Source: Leptolyngbyaceae cyanobacterium (GTDB lineage: Bacteria > Cyanobacteriota > Cyanobacteriia > Phormidesmidales > Phormidesmidaceae). Taken from it: a stretch of 64,000 nucleotides of DNA. Each line of letters starts with the position of its first letter. Within the stretch, counting starts at the first letter, position 1. The notes under the pieces were generated by a model. It searched no databases. It saw only the letters and a list, made by a program, of their open reading frames with translations, and was not told where the DNA came from. The stretch is from NCBI GenBank assembly GCA_965263355.1, contig CBDHHL010000032.1, positions 3,488,001-3,552,000 of the forward strand, given 5' to 3'. A program made the translations under genes and the position numbers. Positions 1 through 9,215 of this stretch are shown piece by piece.

Positions 1-383
1 GGAATAACTTCGGTATCGGTTTCAGACTGAAATTCATAGCCCTTAGCAATTAACCCTTCCCGCAGTTCTCGATAGTTTTCAACAATGCCATTTTGTACAA
101 CAGCAATGCGACCGCTGATATGGGGATGGGCATTATGTTCCTCGGGCTTGCCATGGGTAGCCCAGCGCGTATGACCAATACCCATACGCGCTGGATCTTC
201 CAGCCCGTCCAGCTTATCTTGTAAATTTTGTAGCTTACCCTTGGCCCGCACTCGATTTAGCTGGCCTTCGCTAATAGTCGCAACACCCGCTGAGTCATAG
301 CCGCGATATTCTAGCTTGCGCAACCCTTCAATCAGAATATTGCTAGCAGCCCGAGTGCCTATATAACCAACGATTCCGCACAT
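1..383 (-). CDS. glmS: glutamine--fructose-6-phosphate transaminase, N-terminal part (runs off the window)
   Basis: Manual translation from ATG at 383: [33 protein letters not shown]...GHTRWATHG, the class II glutaminase signature. Confidence 0.95.
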   Translation of the reverse strand, partial: MCGIVGYIGTRAASNILIEGLRKLEYRGYDSAGVATISEGQLNRVRAKGKLQNLQDKLDGLEDPARMGIGHTRWATHGKPEEHNAHPHISGRIAVVQNGIVENYRELREGLIAKGYEFQSETDTEVI

Positions 384-721
384 ATGATGTCTCCTTTAGA
401 TGCTAGCCGCATAACGACAATTATCAATTTTGTTTAGCTGAGATAGATTAATTTGCCTGAAATACAGACGTCATTGGACTACGTAAACTTAAATTTTTGT
501 AGCCGTCAACAGTAATCCGATTTTCTAGGTCAGGCCTTTTAATACTTGTTTTAATGACTACCATTGGCATTAAATAGCCTTAAATTTGATGGAAAAGCCA
601 ACGTTATCAAACTTTGATGAAGTGAAAATACCCACCAAAGTTCCTAGTAGCGGCAATGTCTGGCTACCAGGGGAATAACGTAAAATGCCAGCAGGCCGTT
701 ATATATTTCTCGTCACCTCCT

Positions 722-1516
722 ATGGTTGCCACGTTACCCTCCAAAAATGCCAAAAAGTTAGAAGCGCGTCTGCGAGGGCTAGTGGGCAAAGCGATTTACG
801 ACTATGCCATGATCCAAGCGGGCGACAGGGTCATGGTATGTCTATCAGGGGGCAAAGACTCCTACACCATGCTGTCTCTGCTGATGTCATTGCAGCGCAG
901 TGCGCCAGTCAAGTTTGACTTACTAGCAGTCAACCTGGATCAAAAGCAGCCAGATTTTCCAGAACATGTGCTGCCAAACTATTTGGAATCGGTGGGTGTG
1001 CCCTATCGCATCGTTGAGGAGGACACCTACAGCACCGTTACCCGCATTATCCCTGAGGGAAAGACCATGTGTGGTTTGTGCTCTCGCTTGCGACGGGGGA
1101 TTTTGTACCGTGTGGCCAGTGAAGAAGGGGCCACCAAAATTGCCTTAGGTCACCACCGTGACGATATCGTAGAAACCCTATTTCTCAACATGTTCCATGG
1201 CGGTCGTCTCAAGGCCATGCCTCCCAAGCTGCGCACCGATGATGGCCAACACATTGTCATTCGTCCCCTGGCCTACTGCCCTGAGCATGACATTGCCCGC
1301 TATGCCCGCTATCGTGAGTTCCCAATTATTCCCTGCAATTTATGCGGTTCTCAAGAAAATCTGCAGCGCGCCAATATCAAACGCATGCTGCAACAATGGG
1401 AGACTGAATTTCCAGGACGCACAGAAAGCCTGTTTCGCAGCATTCAGAATGTGTCACCCTCCCAATTAGCAGACACTGACTTGTTCGACTTCATTGGACT
1501 AAGTACCAAAAAATGA
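722..1516 (+). CDS. ttcA: tRNA 2-thiocytidine(32) synthetase TtcA
   Basis: PP-loop [29 protein letters not shown]; start at 722 preferred over ORF-track 656. Confidence 0.9.
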   Translation: MVATLPSKNAKKLEARLRGLVGKAIYDYAMIQAGDRVMVCLSGGKDSYTMLSLLMSLQRSAPVKFDLLAVNLDQKQPDFPEHVLPNYLESVGVPYRIVEEDTYSTVTRIIPEGKTMCGLCSRLRRGILYRVASEEGATKIALGHHRDDIVETLFLNMFHGGRLKAMPPKLRTDDGQHIVIRPLAYCPEHDIARYARYREFPIIPCNLCGSQENLQRANIKRMLQQWETEFPGRTESLFRSIQNVSPSQLADTDLFDFIGLSTKK

Positions 1517-1549
1517 GAGAGCTATTGATTTTGTAACAGCTCTCTCATT
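1512..1549. terminator. hairpin between convergent genes
   Basis: AATGAGAGAGCT...AGCTCTCTCATT 12-bp inverted repeat. Confidence 0.55.
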
Positions 1550-1577
1550 CTTAAAAGTTCCCTGAACTTGACACAAA

Positions 1578-2114
1578 TCAGGAGTTTATGAGTGCTTCCT
1601 CAGATGAAGATGCAGCTAGGCTCTTTTCCAGCTTCATAATCTGCCTTGCCTTAGTGGAAAGCACATTGTCGTTTAACCACTGTGTAATCAATGCATCGAT
1701 TGAAAACAGACCAGCACCATTGATGGTAAAGAACAAGAAAATTGCAGCGTAAATGGCAGACAGTTCAAGATAAGGCAAGCTTAGACCGGCGACCTTAATA
1801 TGGTGATACATAGCCACACACATAGTGCCAAATAGGCCTAAAGCAGCAGGGCGCGTTAGCAGACCAAACGCAACCAGTGGTGCACCGATTAATTCTGTGT
1901 AAGCCGCAATGTAGCTGAGCAATACAGGAAAGGGCAATCCCAAATAAGCCACATAGGCCTGAGCGAAGCTATTGATATCAGCTAATTTATCAAAGCCGTT
2001 GTGTACCATCATGATACCAACGGTTACTCTGACAATTGCCAGGGTGGTTTGTGCTGCTAGGTTGAGATTAACGTTGGGCTTAAATAGGGAAACAGGAGAG
2101 ACATTTATGGCCAT
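1578..2114 (-). CDS. DoxX family membrane protein
   Basis: RVTVGIMMVHNGFDKL, ELIG...GLLTRPAA, GAGLFSID motifs; four hydrophobic segments. Confidence 0.85.
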   Translation of the reverse strand: MAINVSPVSLFKPNVNLNLAAQTTLAIVRVTVGIMMVHNGFDKLADINSFAQAYVAYLGLPFPVLLSYIAAYTELIGAPLVAFGLLTRPAALGLFGTMCVAMYHHIKVAGLSLPYLELSAIYAAIFLFFTINGAGLFSIDALITQWLNDNVLSTKARQIMKLEKSLAASSSEEALINS

Positions 2115-2256
2115 AACCAGGGATCAAAATTAATTATTGAGTATGCTTATATTAAAAATTGTAACCAATTAATTAAGAAAAGTAATGATGCTAAGTAAAA
2201 AAATCCTCTCAATTTGGAGGATGCCATCCTCAACTCTGTAGACAGACGCACTAGTA

Positions 2257-2988
2257 TTAAATTTCTAGCGATTGGCTCAAGACTTGCATAAATGCCTGAG
2301 GCTGTTCCCAAGGAACTCGATGCCCAGCATCGTAAATTTCAATATGGGTGAGGTTTGTGCCGGTTGCCATCAAGGTTTGTCCAATATGGCTATAACGATG
2401 GTCATCACTACCGGTAATGTAAGCCATCGGTAGTGATAAACGATTGAGTTGCGGTGCTAGGTGATCCATGCGCCCCTTGGAATAGGCTTCAAACCCATGG
2501 GCAATTTTTTGACGGTCAAAGTTAGCTTCTAGCCGGGATGTGAGGCAGGGCCGCCCATAAAAAACGGGCAGGGCATCCCACTCACGTAATAACTTGTCCC
2601 AAGGTTCTGTTAAAAAACGGTTAGCCCAGGTGCGATCGCGTCTCAAACAGTCCTCTTTTAGTTGTGGATCAGCTATCCCTGGATCGGCACTGACAATAAT
2701 GGCCCCAGCCCATAACCCAGGATCGGCCAGCAGCGCATGCATAGCCAGTCTACCGCCGAGAGAATAGCCAAGTAAATAATGCTGAGTAGAAGCCACCACC
2801 TGAGATGATAAACGAACACGGTTACAGAAGTCATAGCCCCACTGCCAACAATCACTCGCCAGGGTTTCCCAAAGATTGACAGGTTGAACAACAACGTCCT
2901 TTCCCGTCTCTAGTAGAGAACAGAAAAGGACGTCCCAAACCGCAGGTTGTTGTAAGTTACCGTGCAGGCTCCATAGAATGCGCATCAA
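2257..2988 (-). CDS. alpha/beta hydrolase, MenH (SHCHC synthase)-like
   Basis: LHG, GYSLGGRLA nucleophile elbow, AGHRVPWEQP. Confidence 0.75.
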   Translation of the reverse strand: MMRILWSLHGNLQQPAVWDVLFCSLLETGKDVVVQPVNLWETLASDCWQWGYDFCNRVRLSSQVVASTQHYLLGYSLGGRLAMHALLADPGLWAGAIIVSADPGIADPQLKEDCLRRDRTWANRFLTEPWDKLLREWDALPVFYGRPCLTSRLEANFDRQKIAHGFEAYSKGRMDHLAPQLNRLSLPMAYITGSDDHRYSHIGQTLMATGTNLTHIEIYDAGHRVPWEQPQAFMQVLSQSLEI

Positions 2989-3041
2989 TGTTAGTCATCA
3001 CAAACCGACTCGGTTTATTGTAAGACTAAACACAGATGGTT

Positions 3042-4115
3042 CTATTTGACCGCATACACACTGTCATAGTAAGCCCGATACTCTTCTGAGAGTAAAGGAC
3101 GCCACCAGCTTTGGTGGGTTAGATACCATTCCACCGTTTGTCTCAGGCCTTGCTCAACGGTAATGCTGGGTGTCCAGCCTAGTTCTTGTTGCAGCTTACT
3201 CGAATTAATCGCATAGCGACGATCATGGCCCTGGCGATCCTGAACAAACGTAATCAGCTGTTTAGACGGTTTGACAGGAATCTCTGGAGCTAGCTCGTCC
3301 AAAATGTCACAAAGTAGATGAACAAGATCCAGATTTTTTACTTCGTTGTTGCCACCAACATTGTAAACCTCACCCGGTTTACTCTCTAGTAAGACCTTAG
3401 CTACGGCGCTACAGTGATCGCTCACATGCAACCAGTCACGGATATTTTGACCATCCCCATAAATGGGCAAATTTTTACCCGTCAAAATGTTAATGCACAT
3501 CAAGGGGATCAGCTTTTCTGGAAACTGATACGGGCCATAGTTGTTGGAACAGTTGGTGATTAATGTGGGTAATCCATAGGTATGGAAATAAGACCGCACT
3601 AGATGATCGCTACCCGCTTTTGATGCCGAATAAGGGCTGTTGGGCGCGTAGGGAGTGGTTTCAGAAAATGCTGGATCTGTCGGACTCAAGCTACCGTAGA
3701 CTTCATCGGTCGAAATATGGTGAAATCGGTAGTAGGCAGGCTTATCCTGAGCTTGCCAATGCATGCGAAAACTCTCTAGCAGGGTAAATGTACCGACCAC
3801 ATTGGTTTGGACAAATGCTCCAGGTCCCAGAATTGAGCGATCAACGTGGGATTCTGCGGCAAAGTGAACAAGGGTATCGATCGCTTCTTCGGCTAAGAGG
3901 GTATCAACGAGGGTGCGATCGCAAATATCACCCTGCACAAAACGGAACGTTGGAGCCTTATCCAGATCAGATAACGTAGAACGATTTCCCGCATAGGTAA
4001 GCGCATCAAGCACAATTAACCGATCATTCGGGTAATGTTGATGCCAGTGGTAAACAAAATTAGCACCAATAAAACCAGCGCCACCAGTTACTAATAGGTT
4101 TCTAGATTGTGTCAT
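3042..4115 (-). CDS. rfbB: dTDP-glucose 4,6-dehydratase
   Basis: GGAGFIG, AAESHVDRS, STDEVYG, YSASK. Confidence 0.95.
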   Translation of the reverse strand: MTQSRNLLVTGGAGFIGANFVYHWHQHYPNDRLIVLDALTYAGNRSTLSDLDKAPTFRFVQGDICDRTLVDTLLAEEAIDTLVHFAAESHVDRSILGPGAFVQTNVVGTFTLLESFRMHWQAQDKPAYYRFHHISTDEVYGSLSPTDPAFSETTPYAPNSPYSASKAGSDHLVRSYFHTYGLPTLITNCSNNYGPYQFPEKLIPLMCINILTGKNLPIYGDGQNIRDWLHVSDHCSAVAKVLLESKPGEVYNVGGNNEVKNLDLVHLLCDILDELAPEIPVKPSKQLITFVQDRQGHDRRYAINSSKLQQELGWTPSITVEQGLRQTVEWYLTHQSWWRPLLSEEYRAYYDSVYAVK

Positions 4116-4128
4116 TGTTGATAGCTCC

Positions 4129-5205
4129 CTAAGTCAATTGAATTTGGCTATCATCACCAAGCATGAGCTTTAGGGCCTTAGGACGCTGCTCAGAATTCGT
4201 CAGATGGACACGCTGGCCAATCAAGCTATCAACGATACGCTGATCAACGGCTTCGATCTTCGTACCTTCGAGAATCACACTATGACTAATGTCCGCATCT
4301 ATCAATGTGACATTGTCAGCGATGCTACTGTGAGGGCCAATAAAACTGTTTTCAATATGACAGTTCTCACCAATCATAACCGGCCCTCGAATCATACAAT
4401 TGCCAATCTTGCTGCCCTTACCAATGGATACTCGCCCAGCTATTTTACTTTGCTCATCAATCTCTCCATCGAGCAGACCACCTTGCAAATAGGTATCCAA
4501 GATAATCCGATTGGCTTCTAGCAAATCGTCCTTTTTACCTGTATCTAACCACCAACCTGACAAGCGTTCCGATATAACGCCCTTCTGAGTATCAATCAGG
4601 TTTTGGATAGCGTCAGTAATCTCTAACTCGCCCCGAGGTGACGGCTGAATATTAGAAATTGCCCCATGAATTTCAGGAGAAAACAAATAAACACCGACTA
4701 AAGCCAGGTTAGAGGGTGGATTCTTCGGTTTTTCTACCAGGGCCTCAACTTCCCCACTAGCAGTAACCTTAGCCACACCAAAAGCCCTGGGATCTTCCAC
4801 CTCTCGCAATAAAATCAGTGAGTTAGCATCACTATTTTTGAACTGATTGACAAACCCTGACAACTCATCCTGAATCAAGTTATCCCCCAAATACATCACA
4901 AATGGAGAATCTGCCAAAAAGGGTTGAGCAACTTTAACCGCATGGGCAAGGCCAGCAGGTTCAGATTGCAGAATGTAAGTAATATTTGCCCCAAACCGCT
5001 CTCCATTACCCGTCTTTTCACGAATCTCGCCACCTGTTTCAGGGCTAATAATAATACCAATATCAACAATGCCGGCAGCAACAATACTTTCAATCCCGTA
5101 CCAGAGAATTGGCTTATTAGCGACTGGAACCAGTTGCTTTGCGCCTGTATGGGTAAGAGGCCTTAATCGTGTACCTCTACCCCCTGAGAGAATAAGTGCT
5201 TTCAT
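4129..5205 (-). CDS. rfbA: glucose-1-phosphate thymidylyltransferase (long form)
   Basis: GGRGTRLRPLT, RGELEITD, C-terminal hexapeptide repeats. Confidence 0.93.
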   Translation of the reverse strand: MKALILSGGRGTRLRPLTHTGAKQLVPVANKPILWYGIESIVAAGIVDIGIIISPETGGEIREKTGNGERFGANITYILQSEPAGLAHAVKVAQPFLADSPFVMYLGDNLIQDELSGFVNQFKNSDANSLILLREVEDPRAFGVAKVTASGEVEALVEKPKNPPSNLALVGVYLFSPEIHGAISNIQPSPRGELEITDAIQNLIDTQKGVISERLSGWWLDTGKKDDLLEANRIILDTYLQGGLLDGEIDEQSKIAGRVSIGKGSKIGNCMIRGPVMIGENCHIENSFIGPHSSIADNVTLIDADISHSVILEGTKIEAVDQRIVDSLIGQRVHLTNSEQRPKALKLMLGDDSQIQLT

Positions 5206-5211
5206 GGTTAA

Positions 5212-6090
5212 TTAATTTACTTTGTATAGTTCAGCTAACATTTGTTTGAGTGAACTCCGCCAATGGGGAGGAGTGATGCCAATAAGCTCCCTAAGCTTAA
5301 CATTGGACATAGCAGAGTAAGCCGGTCGCGGCGCTGGCAACGGATACTCTGGAGTAGTAATGGGCTGAATTTCCTTTACTTTTAGCTCAAATCCTAGCTC
5401 CATCACCTCTTCCACGGTAGCCACCGCCAAGTCATACCAACTAGCAACGCCACTATTCGTAAAATGATAGATGCCATAGGTCGTCTCATTGAGCTGCGGG
5501 ATTAATCGGGCAATCGTCTGAGCAATATCCCTAGACCATGTAGGGGTACTAACCTGGTCTTCGACAATCTTTAAAATCTCTCTTTCCTTTGCCAAACGAA
5601 TGATCGTTTTGACAAAGTTTCCTTTACCCAAAGCCCCGTAAACCCAGGCAGTGCGCAAAACCGCATATTTTCCACCGACGGCACGAATAGCCTCTTCACC
5701 GGCTAATTTGGAAGCACCATAAACACTTTGGGGGTTTGTTGCGTCTGTCTCTACATATGGCACCCCCTGTAAACCATCAAACACATAATCAGTAGAAATA
5801 TGCACCAATGTGGCACCACAGGACTGGGCGGCTAGAGCCATTTGCTCAGGGGCAGCCTGATTGACTTTATAGGCTAATTCAACCTCAGACTCTGCCTTAT
5901 CAACAGCTGTATAGGCAGCTGCATTGACAATGACATCAGGGCTCAGCGCAATTATTTTGGCATGGAGATCGTCAAGGCAAGTGAGGTTAATATCATGACG
6001 ACTCCAGCAAGAAATATCACCTAACCCGCTCAAACTCAAGCTCAGTTCTTGACCTACCTGTCCCTGCGCACCGATCAAAAGCACGTTCAT
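5212..6090 (-). CDS. rfbD: dTDP-4-dehydrorhamnose reductase
   Basis: GAQGQVG, AAAYTAVDKAE, STDYVFDG, YGASKLAGE. Confidence 0.95.
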   Translation of the reverse strand: MNVLLIGAQGQVGQELSLSLSGLGDISCWSRHDINLTCLDDLHAKIIALSPDVIVNAAAYTAVDKAESEVELAYKVNQAAPEQMALAAQSCGATLVHISTDYVFDGLQGVPYVETDATNPQSVYGASKLAGEEAIRAVGGKYAVLRTAWVYGALGKGNFVKTIIRLAKEREILKIVEDQVSTPTWSRDIAQTIARLIPQLNETTYGIYHFTNSGVASWYDLAVATVEEVMELGFELKVKEIQPITTPEYPLPAPRPAYSAMSNVKLRELIGITPPHWRSSLKQMLAELYKVN

Positions 6091-6635
6091 TGATAGACCT
6101 CCGCATCACCAAAAGCAACTCCAGCACGATCCTTATCAGACAGAACAGGGCTTATACCATTAAGGGGCCAGTCAATGGCTAAATCCGGATCATCCCACCG
6201 AATACTCCGTTCATACTCTGGAGCATAGTAGTCTGTTGTTTTATACAACACTTCAGCAATGTCAGATAACACCAAAAAACCATGGGCAAATCCAGGCGGA
6301 ATCCATAGCTGATGTTTATCATCAGCATTTAAAGTTACGCCAACCCATTGACCAAATGTGGGAGAACTTGCACGAATATCAACAGCGACGTCAAAAATCT
6401 TACCAGCCACCACCCGCACTAATTTACCTTGGGCCTGCTGAATTTGATAATGCAATCCTCGTAAAATTCCTTGTTTAGAGCGGGAATGATTATCCTGAAC
6501 AAACGCAAGAGAGTCATCAATTTTGTCTTCGAAAGTCTTCTGATTAAAGCTTTCAAAAAAAAATCCACGATGATCGCCATATACTCGTGGTTCTATAAGA
6601 ACGACATCTGAGACCTTAGTAGGTTGAATTTTCAT
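6087..6635 (-). CDS. rfbC: dTDP-4-dehydrorhamnose 3,5-epimerase
   Basis: DHRGFFFE, QDNHSRS, LRGLHYQ, GFAHGF; 4-bp overlap with rfbD. Confidence 0.95.
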   Translation of the reverse strand: MKIQPTKVSDVVLIEPRVYGDHRGFFFESFNQKTFEDKIDDSLAFVQDNHSRSKQGILRGLHYQIQQAQGKLVRVVAGKIFDVAVDIRASSPTFGQWVGVTLNADDKHQLWIPPGFAHGFLVLSDIAEVLYKTTDYYAPEYERSIRWDDPDLAIDWPLNGISPVLSDKDRAGVAFGDAEVYQ

Positions 6636-6732
6636 TTTTCATTGATTTTATGATTTTCAACAATGGACATTGCAACACTTCTCAGCAGCTCTGCCAACCT
6701 CAAGAACTCAACACAAAAGATACTAATGCAAT

Positions 6733-6867
6733 CAGACTAAAGGATTTGGTGGCTTTAATCTAGCGCTCAAGTGGAAAAAACGTTATCGTGGATTTGCCCC
6801 AGACGAGGCCTGGTTCATCCTGACTAACTTTGGCAAATTGACACGGCTATCAACGGATACACTAAAA
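6733..6867 (+). mobile_element. internal fragment of an IS4-family transposase
   Basis: Manual translation QTKGFGGFNLALKWKKRYRGFAPDEAWFILTNFGKL then (frameshift) DTAINGY; resembles the WFILTN segment of cyanobacterial IS4 transposases. Confidence 0.6.
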
Positions 6868-7365
6868 CCCGCATTTCTCACATGCTTCTCGAAGCGAGTG
6901 CCAAAATGAATTTTGCGAAGACTTTTGAGGGCGCTTGAGGCGGAGATGGATAACCAATGGGATTTCGCCTCAAGAATATAGAAATTCGCGTTGAGCCTAA
7001 TCAATGTGTCTGGAGATGAGAGGGGTTTGGCGACAGTCAGTCAGCCCAATATCTCAGATACCCAAGAGGCACCTGAAAGTCTGTATTGCTTAGTTCAGTT
7101 GAGCGTGTTAGGGGGTATCGGGTAACGCCTCCAAACGTTGATGGGCTAAGACGAACAGGTGCTGTAGTGGGAAAGCCGAGTGTAACGCCACGTGAATGCG
7201 ACGCGCACTGATGCGAATCAAGGTGCCGACTTTCAACAACCGAGTCCGCAGAGTCCCGACGCGAGCATTGGCTAACTCAGTATGGTGCAAGGCCTGTTGA
7301 CGCAGGGCATTGAGCAAGACATAGGCGAATGATGAAAACCACAGTCGTAATTGATTGTCATCAAA
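6868..7365 (-). mobile_element. IS1380-family transposase C-terminal remnant with probable right end
   Basis: FDDNQLRLWFSSFAYVLLNALRQQAL...TLRTRLLKVG...SARRIHV; candidate terminal repeat CCCGCATTTCTCAC at 6868-6881. Confidence 0.75.
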
Positions 7366-7579
7366 TTAAAGTGGGGAAAATTTGGTCCTAAGAACGGCTG
7401 AAACTCTTATGTGCTGGAACCGTTTCCCTAGAAGGTTTCCCGCCTTAAAATATAAGCCTATTCCGGCTTAAAATATAGGCCATATCCTCCACGTTATGAA
7501 TACTGGCTGTTAAAATTCGCGTTGAACTTTTCACTACTGAGCATTTCATAAGTGAGCAAAAGTAGAGGATAGGTCAGTT

Positions 7580-9127
7580 TTAGGTATTTAGTAAGCCTAT
7601 TGCTTGCAGCATTTCCCGGTGTTTATGGACAGGGGCTAGGGTATTTGCCAGAACCATGCCACTGGCAGCTACAGCAGGTAACCCAATGCCTGGAAACGTA
7701 GAATCACCACAGCACCAGAGATTTCCTACGGGTGTACGCGGTCCTGGAAATATACCTTGGCCTGCACGAATGGCAGGACCGTAAGAACCATGATGGCGGC
7801 GGAGAAAACGCCCATGGGTTAAAGGGGTGCCCGCCAAGGTGATGTCACAGCGCGATCGCACATCCGAAATCACCCGCTCTAGCGCCTGCCACATCACCTC
7901 AGCCCGCTGCTGTTTAAGTTGAGCATAGTCGGCACTACGACGATCCAGTCCAGCCCATAGAGCATAGGGCTCATTACCCGGCGTATAAGCATGGACTGTA
8001 TGTTTGCCCGTCGGCGCTAACCCCGGATCCAACACCGATGGAATCGATATCAGCACCAAATTTTGGGCAGCATCTATACCCCGTTCCCAATCATTTACAA
8101 TGATATAGTGACAGGCTAGATCATTCAAACCAGCTGCATCAATCCCTAAATGTAAATGCATAAAGCTATGGCACTCTGGGGTAGCCTGTCGGCGTTGGGC
8201 AAACCGCTTTAGCGTTGATGGCAGCCGTGGTAGAAGTTTGAGAGTATCCCAAACCGACGCATTGGATATTACAGCTTTTGTCGCTCTTATCTCATGACCA
8301 TTACGCAAACGTACTCCAACCGCTTGGTCACCATCTAATAAAATTTCCTCAATGTGAGCATTTAACTTAATTTCCCCACCATACTTGTTCAAACCACGCT
8401 CAAGAGCATTCACCAAAGCGGCACTGCCTCCCTGAGGATAGTCAAGCTGGACGTCGGGACGGTACCAGTCAGCAAACATAAAGGCCACTTCTGCCGCAAT
8501 CGTTCCCGTGGCAGGCAAACCGGAGAGCAAAAAGCACAGCATGTCTAACCAATGGCGAGCAAAGTCGTCATGCACTACGCCATCCATAATGCGGCTAAAA
8601 GGCCCTGTCAGCTTTGCTACCTGTAAACCGTTTTGCAGCAACGACGGCAAAAAGTGAGGAACTGTTTGCAAGGCTCTCCAATCAAAGCGCATGGCAGCAG
8701 GTGGCAAGGCAACGGCTGCTGCTCCCAAGGGCTGCATAATCTGTTGTAGATGCCGCCACTCTTGAACGGCATATTCTCCTCGCAAGTTGTTCAACACAGT
8801 GCAAAACTGGTCAACTCCAACAGTGGTGTTAAAATCTCCTTCTGGCAAACGGCAGCCCCAAGTATCGTAATTGAGCCAGGTGGCATCTTCTCCGATGGCG
8901 TCTAATACCTGACGTAGGGGATTAGGCGATGGGCTATAGGACAGGCCAGAATACAGTGACGGACCGGAATCAAATAAAAATCCATCGCGCTCAAACCCAT
9001 GGGCAGCTCCTCCTGGAATGCTATGACTTTCGCACACTAAAACGTCATAACCATAGCGGGCTAATAAGGCAGCACACGAAAGGCCACCAATACCACTACC
9101 AATTACAACAATTTCTGTTTGGTGCAT
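7580..9127 (-). CDS. phytoene desaturase/carotenoid isomerase family FAD oxidoreductase
   Basis: GSGIGG, FDSGPSL, CGDSTFPGIGLPAVAASG. Confidence 0.85.
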   Translation of the reverse strand: MHQTEIVVIGSGIGGLSCAALLARYGYDVLVCESHSIPGGAAHGFERDGFLFDSGPSLYSGLSYSPSPNPLRQVLDAIGEDATWLNYDTWGCRLPEGDFNTTVGVDQFCTVLNNLRGEYAVQEWRHLQQIMQPLGAAAVALPPAAMRFDWRALQTVPHFLPSLLQNGLQVAKLTGPFSRIMDGVVHDDFARHWLDMLCFLLSGLPATGTIAAEVAFMFADWYRPDVQLDYPQGGSAALVNALERGLNKYGGEIKLNAHIEEILLDGDQAVGVRLRNGHEIRATKAVISNASVWDTLKLLPRLPSTLKRFAQRRQATPECHSFMHLHLGIDAAGLNDLACHYIIVNDWERGIDAAQNLVLISIPSVLDPGLAPTGKHTVHAYTPGNEPYALWAGLDRRSADYAQLKQQRAEVMWQALERVISDVRSRCDITLAGTPLTHGRFLRRHHGSYGPAIRAGQGIFPGPRTPVGNLWCCGDSTFPGIGLPAVAASGMVLANTLAPVHKHREMLQAIGLLNT

Positions 9128-9215
9128 TGTTTATTTGAAGAGTTGTTGGGTTTATGGGGATTGGTTATACGGTGAGAATGTTGGCAATGCAAAAATCCAA
9201 CCTACGAAAACTTTT

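Noticed and set aside
384..655. glmS ribozyme upstream of glmS
   Set aside because: AT-rich region with no recognisable conserved core
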